A program made the position numbers and the translations under genes. DNA of 64,000 nt from Ramazzottius varieornatus. Lineage: Eukaryota > Animalia > Tardigrada. Shown in pieces: positions 1 to 10,964 of this stretch. The stretch lies in NCBI GenBank assembly GCA_001949185.1, contig BDGG01000004.1:955620-1019619 (forward strand), in the 5' to 3' direction. The notes under the pieces are model-generated. The model was not told the DNA's origin and did not search any database. It saw only the letters and a program-made list of their open reading frames with translations. Position 1 is the first letter of the stretch. Every line of letters starts with the position of its first letter.

Positions 1-1273
1 AGTCGTGGCATGAAAGCTGTAAATCAGGTTATCAGGAGCGTAAGAAGGTACACTACCCATGCAGGCTCCACAAACCGCAAGAGATGAAAAGTGAGGGTGG
101 CGCCACAAGCGTACCGAGTGCGAGACGGTAAGACCGAAGCTGGTTGAGCCGGTCTACAAGACGGTCGGGCAGGCGATTTCGAGATTTATTAGCTCAAGAT
201 AGGACGATCAATTGGCGGTGAAGGTACTTCAACCGGATACATTACATGGTCCTATAATGTGTTTTGGAGGTTACTTCGCACGGTACTCGTACGATAATAA
301 CCGAAGAACAGAAGACTGACTTGGTCCTCTGTATGACCCTGATGAAGGGGATTTTGACAGTACGCAGCCTCCAATCAACACATAACTAACTTAACAAGAC
401 ATGTGGGTAGAGGAAAGTACTGTATTGTCCACAGCTTGAGCCGATAACCGCGACCCACTGGCGTTCCTGGACGAAACTGCGGGCATCGAAGGGCATATGA
501 GACAATAAGCAAACCGGTCACCGGTGCAAATTTCGAGTTTTCCAGCCGATCAGCTGATCGTTTCGTAGTCAATCAAAATAACCATCAAGACACTCTACGT
601 CATCAGAGCACGCTTACGTCATCGCGGCACATCGAAGCGGTCCTGTGCGCTGGCGCTTTCAAAGTCCGCAGTGTCCTCCAGGAACACCAGTTGGTCGAGG
701 CTATCGGCTCAGACTGTGGACAAAACTTTCCATTATCCACCTGTCTTGTTATTAGTTCGTTGGTTGGAGGCGGCGTATTGTTATACAGTATCCCTTTTGT
801 CAGATTGTTTTGGCCTGCTCAGTGATCCTTTCAGAATGCTAACGCGTGAGAACTTACCTTTGAAAGCTGGAAACACCCAACAGCTGATCGCCGGTACTTC
901 TTTGAAGTAACCTCCACAGGTATGCTCCACTTCGACGAGCGACCGAACCATCCATCTCTGAAACGGTAATGTTGGCTCAGCTTGGAACTGCGAAAGCGAA
1001 ATGGAAAAGTGCACTTGTGAAGGAGAAAAATCTGAGCCGGCCGGACAGTCTCAGGAATATCAGAATAAAATTTATCGCACGGTATCAGCCATCTGTGAAC
1101 GGGTGACGATGTCAAAGTCCAAAGAAAGAACCCTTCCGGTTCACATGTGGCGCTAGCATGCATCCGAATGTCGTACAACGGAAAATTCTGGTGAAAAGCG
1201 TTCGAAGCATGCAAAAGTACAATACCCGCATCGAAATGTAGCAAGGAAAAGACCACAAGGGCAAGCAGAAGAA

Positions 1274-2575
1274 TTATACAGGCAATGGCAATGGATCAAG
1301 CACCGGAAGTACAGTAGAGCCAGTAGCGGTAAACATGAGCGCTTCTGTAAAAGAAGGAACCTCAGCTGGAGCATTCGGTAATAAAGGCACCGAAGGCTCG
1401 TCTGCATATCCGTCACTTCGGGGCAAGACAATATCATCAGAGACAATAAGACCAGCCGTCTCAACTGAAAGATTCGCTTCTTCGCCGCGAAAGTCCGTGG
1501 TACAAGATGCCGGCGGATCGCCAACTGGAAGAGTTTCGTTTGCGGGCAACAGCTTGCTTTTCTTTGCTGGTCGCTGCCTCAAGGGTCCTAAAGATTAAAA
1601 AAGGTACTTTCTTCATTTCACAAACCAGACATTCCTAATATAAGTCGCATACTTTTAAGCGGAGTAGAAAAACTCGGTAGGGACTGTTCGCAGTCGATGA
1701 CGCTAGACGAGGTTTTTTGTACGGTCGATATGGCAGAGGGTCTTTTTCTTTTGGGCTTTGGCTTCTCACTGGGAGCAGCGGCGTTAGTCGGAACTTCCGG
1801 GACCTTAAAGTCATCTGGTCCTTCCGCCTTTAAAAGATGAGGGGTCGAGACCGAAGTCGCTGGGTTGTTCGAAACCGAACTGAGCGGGGTTGTATCGCAG
1901 TTTGTGACGTTAGTGACTTCCACCGTAGTACCGTCCAACGAGCCGTTGTTGAGGTGTAGCAGAAACTCAGCGTCGAACTGCTCCGTGTTGCTGACATTTG
2001 CATGAAAATATTCCAGGTAGACCACCGCCGCTTCAAGTACCCTAAAACAACCCAAATTTAAATGTAAATGCTTTGGCACCAAAGTATACTGCTGGGGTGT
2101 GAGTGTCTTACGTGGCTTTGTCGTATTTCGGGTTGGACAACGGGACACACTTCGCAATCTCTGCTACAGTTCGACTCAGACGGGACCTGCAAAACGATAT
2201 TCGAACTGCGCTCGCTCGAGATACCGCCTAACGGCAGTAAGATTACTCGTACCTTCGAAAGCGTTCGAACACAACATGAGATTTCTGCGGTGTTGTAGGT
2301 TGAGACGGGCAGACGTCGTGTTGAGTACATTCAGCAGGACAGCTCGGCTTCTTCTTTCCGCGTTCGCGCCGTTTACCAAGGCTCGTTGCAGGGCTTACTG
2401 GAAGGGTAGGTTGGATGCTTGGCTGGATGTCGGGAGGTGCATTTAATGCTTCCATCTTCGCGTCTTTCATCACGCTGTCTTCCATCGACGGTTCCATCGT
2501 TGGACTGGAACTGAAAGGTCCTTCGGCCAAGGAACCCACTATTGCGGCTTGGAGGTCCAGCTGGGCTTGCGCCAT
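1274..2575 (-). CDS. Divergent bHLH transcription factor (4 coding exons: 2575-2253, 2186-2112, 2041-1653, 1587-1274)
   Basis: Splicing at GT-AG junctions joins the ORF fragments into KSHVVFERFRR-SRLSRTVAEIAKCVPLSNPKYDKAT-VLEAAVVYLEYF. This gives a basic region (H..ER.RR), helix 1, loop and helix 2 (DKATVLE.AV.YL). All intron phases are consistent. Confidence 0.8.
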
Positions 2576-2992
2576 GTTGACTGTAAAGAACGAGGAAAGC
2601 TGATCAAACTATCGTTATGCAATTGGAAGATCGAACGCCGATGTGGGAAACGAAGAAGTGGCTCGATGGTTGTTGAGCTAGTTGACGACTGTTGCCGAGA
2701 AGCGATGCCTTTCATTGTGGATAACGCAGACGGCAGAGACGTAAAACAACAGCTGGCTATGGGGAGACTGAAGCGCAGCAGCCTCGTTCCCATGTTTCCA
2801 CGAGCACACGCCTTTGTATGCATTCCTGACAGCTGTGTGGAATTTATTCAATTAAATCATGTGGGAAGAGTGACACTGGGATACGGGCAGGATGTTTGCC
2901 TCCAGGTAACCAAGTCTCCCGTTGCACTGCTATTTTTGATTTGCTTGGTGGCTACATTCTCCCTATTCAAAAATGGGAGCTGGGTGAGCAAC

Positions 2993-3087
2993 TGACTGAG
3001 CCAGATCATTCTCTCAGGTGGCGCACATTCTCGTTGGTATTGGCTGATAGCGTGCGCCTCTTGCGAAAATGATCTTGGCCCAGTTCA
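2993..3087. repeat. Palindromic N25 element, copy A (intergenic)
   Basis: CAGGTGGCGCAC (3015-3026), 25 nt, GTGCGCCTCTTG, with outer arms CCAGATCATT / AATGATCTTGG. Confidence 0.85.
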
Positions 3088-4031
3088 TTCGCAAAGCTCC
3101 AACGATTGTCTAGTATACGTAATGCTTGAATACCGATACTGCTGGTACCAGTACAATGCAATCGACGTCAGAAACTTCGATGATGTATGAGCTTTTGTGG
3201 TCTGAGATTAGAGTTACTGTACCCGGAAGCAAAGGGCCGAGAAGCCCACAGGCATATCGCGGGCTAGTGTTCTCGTACAGGAAATGCTAATTAAGATGAG
3301 TGGCGAAGGACTGTCTGGCCATCAAACCGGAACATTTGTCAAGATGAAGACAAGGTCTCGATGGCCGCCGGGAAATCTTTCGAGTCGGAAAAGAGGGTAA
3401 CGCGGCAGCGGAGAACTCAGCTCATCAATCACCCATCCATTGGACGTCGACAACATCAAAGAGTAAGCCAAAACGGAAGTTTACATATCTGAACTCATTC
3501 ACTGGAAGGTTGGGCATGAGAACACGGTACGCCGATCGTCACGTCGAGTGATGACATGTTAATGGCCAGATGAGCGACGAGCTGTTGCACACCCAAAGAC
3601 CCTTTCCAAGCTATTGCGCCAGCCCAAGAATTAGCTAACTTATCTCCCCCACGGCCATGTCCAGCACGAGGCTCATACATCTTTCATGCTCGGCCTAACG
3701 ATGCGTCCTTCATCAGATCGGTCCCCATTCGAGGAAGATTCCAATTAAGTAATTCGCCGACAAGCTTTTAAACCAACATCCATCTGCTGACTGAATGCAT
3801 CGTATTTGGCCTGTGCGAACCTCTCGTTGATCTTTGAATCCTTCTTTTCATCGAACAATAATGGACACCATGCTATCGTTTATCCGGAAGAAAAACGGGA
3901 TTAATGATGCTATCATGATTTTATAACTGATCATTTACACGGCCGACACATCCCGTGTGGATGCGGTGTGGCGTCATACAGTGCTCTGGACTGAATAAGA
4001 TCGTTCCGGGTTTTTGAATAATTTGCTCCAG

Positions 4032-6463
4032 ATGGCTGACTTGTCGAAGAGTTCCACGATGACCATTTCGTATGCAAATGCCAGCTCAGGAAATAATGAC
4101 AGCTTTTTAATGAAGGATAATGTTAGCTTTGATACGGCGCAATGGTTGCGCGATCATCTGGGATACGAAACGAGCGAGAACGCTGTGACCTATACCGTAA
4201 GTTCTGCGTTCGTCCTCCCCGACAAGTTTCAATATTCAAGGTATATTTGGTTACCCTTTCTCCAGATTGTTTATGGTCTGCTGTTTGTGCTGGGAATATT
4301 TGGGAATGTCAGCACGGTGATTGTCATCGTTCTCGCTCGCCGAAGAAGCGGATGGACAGGCATTGACGCATATCTGCTGAAGTAAGACACTGTTCTCCCA
4401 TGGTGGCACACTACGTCATCGCGGGCTGCGCCACTACCAGCAATCGTACAGCATACGGTGGCACCAGCAACATGACGTGGCGCACCTTCTATATTATCCA
4501 GGTTTTTTGAACCGTGAAAGAACTTCCTTGTTGTAATGCATTCTGTGCACGTCCGCGACAAACAGAAGCACGTACACATTTCCGTTGTTTCTTTTACCAT
4601 GGTGGAGCTGTCTATGGAATGCATTATAAAACAAGGCTGAGCGCGTCGGCCTAATCCAATTTTGTACCTCACAGTTTAGCTCTGACAGATCTGCTGCTGC
4701 TAAGCGGTAAGGGCTTTTCGCTTCCTCGTTTTTGTTCAACATTGTTGTGGTCTCTGTGTACCCCACTCCAGTAACCGATAACTATTTTAGGCATACCTGT
4801 GGAAATCTACCGCTACTGGAGGCAGTATCCGTGGATCTTCGGCACCTTTTGCTGCAAATCCCTCGCTTTCTTCCAAGAGATTTCTCTCTACGTCAGCATT
4901 CTTACCATAGGTAGGTCCTCCAGGTTGGTTCACCTGTGGCGTATTCAGTCTTATAATTACATGCATTTGATGACTAAAATAAGTATGTTCCCAGTGGCCT
5001 TTACGTACGAGCGGTACTTGGTTGTGAGGGATCCATTAAGAGCTCTGAGTGCGTTCACTCATCGCCGGCGTCTGAAGGTGATTATCGGCATCTGGCTCTT
5101 CTCCGCCGTCAACGCCTTCCCTTATGCTCATTTCAGTGAGACCATCCATATCCTTCTTCCACGTACTCATTGTATCTCTGTAGAAACGACGATACCAATG
5201 TTTGTAGCGTCTGTTAATTACGGACACGACCCTGATGGCAACATCATCAGTCAATCAGCCTGGTGCGCCATCCATTACAGCATCAGCACCCAGCTGGCTC
5301 CCCTCTTTATCTGTGAGTCCTTCCACCTCCAATCTACGCTTGCTGTTAGGGTCCTTCAAAACAGAAAAATACAATATTTCGAATGTTAAAAGCCCAAATC
5401 TCTAAAAGGAGTGCCGTGAATTCGTTCTCGATTATTAGAAATAAGCCGGCAAACTAAACGTACAAGAGCATCATCTCAAATGGCGCATGCTTCCAACCGA
5501 AAACAATGGAAGCATGCATCACTTAATTATTGTCTCCGACTTCGGTATGGTGGCACCACTCGCAATCAGAAAACTGTTGGTCGCTCACCACTGGCTGGCT
5601 TCAGATGACCAATCAAACGTTCTCTTTCAGATTCCAGCGTGTCGTTCTATGTCGTTCCGTTGCTAGTCCTCACCATCCTTTACGTCAGTATCGCAGTGTT
5701 CATGCGCGATGTCCGGAAGTCCCAAGAGAGCACTCCGTCTCAAAGTCCAACGGCGGCTGGGTATGGACCTGCGAAGAAGAGAAGCAAAAAGACCAGAACA
5801 TACCTAAACCGGCACGAGAGTTCCCTCCTGACCCACAACCGCCAGAAAAGCCTGAAAGTCCTCTGTAAGCCAAAGACTTTCAACTTACATTTGCTGGCTC
5901 CCTCCGAGATACCAACCACATGAGCTTGTTTTGCGTACCCTAGTGGCCATTGTCGCGAACTTCTTCCTTTGCTACGGGCTTTTCCACGGTACGAGACACT
6001 AACAAACCTACAACAGAATATTCGTTTCTGGTACTTCGATCACAGTATGCATCAATGTTTTGTAGCTCAGCGAATGGTTTTCGTCCTAGTGGACTGGAGT
6101 CAAAATGCCGGACAGTACTATGTTTGGAATACATACCTGTTTCCGCTGTCGGGCTTCCTGTATCACGCCAATCCAGTGCTGGATCCGGTCTTCTATTCCC
6201 TGATGAGCAAACGTTTTCAGAATATTTACCGCCAGATGTTCTGGTGCAAGAAGAACCAGCGCAAGGAGGAGCACAGTGTCAGGAGCCATGGTCCGAGTCA
6301 TAGCCAGACTTCCCGTGCTCCTTGGACGACCAATGGCAGCTACAGGACTGCGAATACCGTGGCTACTGCCGTTCAACTCAACACCTGGATACCTCAATGT
6401 CCACAACCCAGCCTTCCGGTCCAAGACGACTTCTTACCTGTGTTCTGTTCAACAACTGTTTGA
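4032..6463 (+). CDS. Class A neuropeptide GPCR, PRXamide (CAPA/pyrokinin/neuromedin U) receptor-like, multi-exon
   Basis: TM1 GIFGNV; TM2 YLLNLALTDLLLL; GIPVEIYRYWRQYPWIFG..CK; TM3 AFTYERY; TM5 FYVVPL; TM6 FHAQR; TM7 DPVFYSLMSKRF. GT-AG introns are in phase. Confidence 0.85.
5446..5538. repeat. Palindromic N25 element, copy B (GPCR intron, degenerate)
   Basis: CAAATGGCGCAT (5477-5488), 25 nt, ATGCATCACTTA. Confidence 0.6.
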
Positions 6464-6966
6464 ACATCCGACTGATTCTGTTTGCACGTTTGCTAGTTCA
6501 ATTGCAAATTTACCGGTTGGGACAAACTCTAAAAGCAAAGGGAAACCGCAAAAAAAGAGGATGGTACTTCGTGGTGTTCTGATTCGGCATTATTAGGTGG
6601 GTCTGAGGTGGGTCTTTTCGAAGTAGACTCCAGTCGGTTGCCACTGACCGACGATCTGGTGTATTCTGCCGGTTCTCAGGTATTGACGAATCGCCCGACG
6701 AAAGGTATGCAGCTCAGCGTCCTCATACGAAGAGAAGTAACCGAATTTGCCCACAGCGTCCCTTTCAGGGTACTTGATTACCAGGCTAGGTGCGAAATTC
6801 CACCGCATTGGTTCATTAGCATCGCGGCAACACTTGCAAATATGCAGACTCCTCTCTTGTGCAAACGAGACGAAGACCGGTGCACTCTCTGCTCCTTTTC
6901 AGTCAGCACCGAGAAGATCGAAGTTGACGCAGCGGCTGACTTCTTGGTCCCAGAAAGGTATCAGCG

Positions 6967-7191
6967 TTACATTTCAGTTTTGCAAACCCTAATATCAATA
7001 AGATGATACCACCCAACGAAGCCAAACCTATGTATACATTGTCATTGGAGGATCGCTGAACGCGCGATAGTAAGTACAAAGTACCTGCGAAGCTGAATCC
7101 GAAGGGAAACATCGAAGTGAGAGAGAATATCCAGTTTCAGGTCTCGATGGATGGAGTTCCAGCCTTCAAAGGTTTCAGATTTCTCTTCCAT
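6967..7191 (-). pseudogene. Possible F-box gene remnant (truncated or frameshifted)
   Basis: Exon 7191-7085 (MEEKSETFEGWNSIHRDLKLDILSHFDVSLRIQLR) splices via intron 7084-6989 to RVCKTEM*. This resembles an F-box, but a stop follows VCK by three codons. Confidence 0.35.
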
Positions 7192-8323
7192 CTTCCAGAA
7201 ACGCCTACTGAAGCCATCGCTACACTACGAAAAGTCCTTCTGGTAGGGCACTTAGCAGTTTATGGTTTTGCGGCTAGGCTCGAAAGCCATGACCTTCTCG
7301 TCCCAAAAAAATCACGGGTCGCCATAATTTCCCGTTGGGTTCACAGACAACGTTTTTGTCTTGAGTTAAACGCTGTGTTTACGCAGTCGCTATAACGTTA
7401 TGGGAGCGTAAACTGAGCGTGATTTGATTTTACGCTCGTTTTACGCTGGAAAAAATCACGGAACTTTTGAATTTTCGGCGAACTATTTTTGGAGTCAGCG
7501 GGAACCGCAAACTGGCTGGGGCGGGTTACCTCCCACTGCTCGTCTCCCAAAACTGAATCCATATCGCTTTTGCAGAAGAAGTCCACCTTCCACATCCCGG
7601 TTCCGCCCGTACGAACACACCTTAGAACTTCAGGTACGATCGGTGACAAGCTGAGCCCAGGAACGGTCAACAAACCCGGAAAAAGCCAGTGGTCATCAGA
7701 AGTGAGAATTCGCCAGTCTCGCCGCAGTGGCAACCCCAACATCTGACCAGTGTTCCTGTTGCTCGACGATCCTGCCGGAATCTGGGACGGTTTAGACAAG
7801 GCTCGAGGCATGGCTTTCAATTCTGCGTACCCAGCGAATTGCTGATAGTTCTAGATCTAGAGCGCCTTTCAAAGGAGAGAATTTAAATCTAGAATCGCCA
7901 AGAGACTCAAGACCAAAGAATAAAGATTGTCTAGACTCTAGAGCATTGTTCACTGAAGCAGGCCGTAACGTCTCTCAGCGTGCCATAACGACTATGTTTT
8001 CCCGCCTCGCCACAGCACCAACAGAATGATCCGGAGCCTTGGGATTCAATGAGAGTGTGTTGCTAAAAGCTTCGTATCTTTCAAAAGGCGGTTTTCACAC
8101 ATAGTTCGAAAGTACATGCAGGGCCGAAGTTTTGCTTTCTACCATGCGGAATTTCTTCTCCAAATCGCTAACTCAGAACCAAGAAAAATATGATAAGATT
8201 CTCTTGACCATAGCAAAATACGAGTGGTTTTTCTTTGCTCTGTCTGCATCAGACCGAAGCCTCTTGTGTCGTTGATGTCCAAGACTCTTAGTAATAACAT
8301 GTTAGTGGGCAGCAAACATGGCT

Positions 8324-9841
8324 TCAGAAGCTGATTCTTCCTCGTGATTTGAAGAAACCCAGCTACAACGAGACGAGCAAGTTTAGCGATGTTACCTCAG
8401 TCTTCCAGCAAAATCCATAAGCTTACGTGTGTGACGATTCTTGCAAATACGCTTTTACCTGAATCGTGTTGATGACTTTTGAAACAACTCCTGCGTAGTT
8501 TTCGATGAGGATCTCGCCCTGTTCGAACCGCATCGGATGCGCATTGTACCGGCATTCCTTTGGGCAGATATCCATCAGCTTGTCCCGGAAGTCCTCGACA
8601 CGACACCACAGCAAAGAACAATCGACTGCGGATCCTGAGCCGGGTTTTTGGATGCCCTCGGTCGAGTTCTGTGCAGGTGGTTGTGGGGGAATCACGGCTT
8701 GGTCGCTGGTTACAGAGCTCGGAAGAAGTGATGTCGGTGGCGCGAACGTTGAGTTCAACAGGGAAGCTCTTCGTAGGGAGGGCGCTGTGGTCGCTGGATG
8801 ATCTATCAGTGTGACGTATGGTACTTGGGATGAGAACGGGTTCCATCGTTGGGAAGCGGGAAGGTCGACGGGGTCTAATATGTTCCACTGAATCCGAAGA
8901 CCCGTTTGATTACGCTCTCTGCGCAACAAACAGTTAGGCCGGATGTTTGGTCTGACTCAATGGTCTAATATGGACTTTGTCTCACTCAAGTATAGAACTC
9001 GCTGGATAGCGTAAAGGTCCGTATGTGATCAAATCCACAATCTGAAAAGAGTCAGTGGATAACGTTCGCACACGGGCAGGGAAAGCTTAAAGTCGGTCTT
9101 CCGAGGTCTTACCTTCAAGGGAAGGCGCTTGTACTCCATAACCAGCATTTGTATCAAGTCGAACTTGACGATGATCACTGTCAATATAAAAAGGAAATCG
9201 CACGTTATTTGAGAAAAAAATGATCCCTTAGTCAAATAAAATTTCTCACGAGTGTGGTCAGTAAGGAAGACCAGTCGTTCATATTCCACGTCCCAATGGG
9301 AAATTTCGGTTAGCATCCAAACTCCAACCAGCTTTCCGTCAATTTCCTCTGACTGCAAAATAACTGGGAGGCATATTTTGACGGCGTTAGCCAAGGTGTT
9401 TCCTCCATCCTAAAACAGCAAATGAGTTTGACACATACGAATAACATATTCCGTTATTAACTCGTCAGAATCTAAAGTCAGGTGTATTGTACGCACACGG
9501 AAGGCAAAGAAACTGTGAGGATCGGAGTCGGGTTCAATGATGGACTTTCGCCGTGCCACTATTGGGTGTTGTCCGGTAGTTTTTGATGGTGAAACAGAAT
9601 CTGAGGAGGTCTTTGAATGAGCCTGATCAACTTGCGTCGTGACGCTGGAGGAAATGCTGGAGGTTTCCCCGGTCGTTGACGAGTCGCTGGTGGGTGGAGA
9701 CAATGGAACCTCGGCATAAACAGAAACCGTACTTGCATCGGATTCGGAAGACGGTGTGGTAGCGGACCCTTCTTCACTTTGCAACTGCATCCGTGCTTGT
9801 GTGAAGCTGGGATGGATTTCTTCCGACGCTACGTTCTCCAT
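8324..9841 (-). CDS. TPRG1L: Tumor protein p63-regulated gene 1-like (hSac2-domain) protein
   Basis: WMLTEISHWDVEYERLVFLTD, QRWNPFSSQVPYVTLIDHP and ILIENYAGVVS. The spliced terminal exon LGFFKSRGRISF* matches the TPRG1/TPRG1L C-terminus. Confidence 0.85.
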
Positions 9842-10282
9842 TCCGAAACAACTACCTAAAATTTACTCAAAACGATGCTGGTTAGACCAGCGTTGTGTTA
9901 TTACTGGAAGACCTCATGTGCTGGGGAAGACTCCAGTTGGAGGCGATCAATATTTGTCCACGATCTCGCTCACTTACGAGTTTGAACGATATGAATGTTG
10001 TATCAGCAAGCGAGGAATCTGACAAGAGATAAGGGCTTTCCGGCTGGTGACGGCGCCATGCCAGCAACCCAAATTTCGGCTTATAGTGTAACACTGTACC
10101 TAGTCACGCCCCAGGAATTGTACCATATGCGATAAGTTACGACTCAGTGGGGTTTAGTTTTCAGTGTTCCTGCGCTTTGTTGTTACGATTGTTATCTTAG
10201 ATGAACCTCCCTAGTCAGAACATTTTATGAACAGAGGCTTCAAACACCCGCAGAAATGACAAAATTGTACTTCAATTTCGTC

Positions 10283-10430
10283 CTACTGCGATGCTTCACG
10301 AACTTCGCAACTTACATCATCATACGAGTCAAGTTGAGCCCCGGTCCGACAATTAACGCTACCAACGCCCTAAGGGATGTTTCGCGCGTACAATGACGTA
10401 ATTCGCGAAGTTCATGAAGCATTACAGTAT
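10283..10430. mobile_element. MITE-like inverted-repeat element (second family)
   Basis: Imperfect ~38-bp arms TACTGCGATGCTTCACGAACTTCGCAACTTACATCAT / ATGACGTAATTCGCGAAGTTCATGAAGCATTACAGTA; no coding capacity. Confidence 0.65.
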
Positions 10431-10964
10431 GTCTTCTAAGCGTGTTTATAAAACCACTTTAGACCGACGTGTAACGAGGGGGTTTGGTCAGCCAGACCCG
10501 AGGTGTTTGATCTGTTGAAGTTTGGAAAACAGCCCGTTTCTCCCAAGAGAGTCCACAAGAGAGAGGCAGGTAGCGACAAAGTGTACCTGAAATTCGTCAT
10601 ACCTGAGGAAAAACTTTTTGAGAAGAGCGTGTTAAAGTTTCACAGAAGAAACTGAAATTGACGCCAGCTGGGAGACGTTTTGACGCTTTCTTACAGAGCG
10701 GACATTTGGTGATCGCAAAACTTCGTAAAAACACCACAATAATTGGCATCCATTCGGCATCGTAAAGCTAAACGATAGAAAAAGTTCATGGATGTTTTAA
10801 AACGAACCTAGATGATGAAATCTTATGTACAACGAACCAGAAACGGTCTGGTACCTTTGGATATTCTTTCTGGGTGGGGGCACCAGTATGAAGTTCGTCG
10901 AGGACCCTCATTCAAGCTATACAACACAAAGCATGCATCAGGACTGCTAACGTCCCGCAAAGGA

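Noticed and set aside
1-1256. Short ORFs including 831-1256 (-)
   Set aside because: No recognisable domain. The bHLH gene already stops at 1274 and no coherent exon chain was found.
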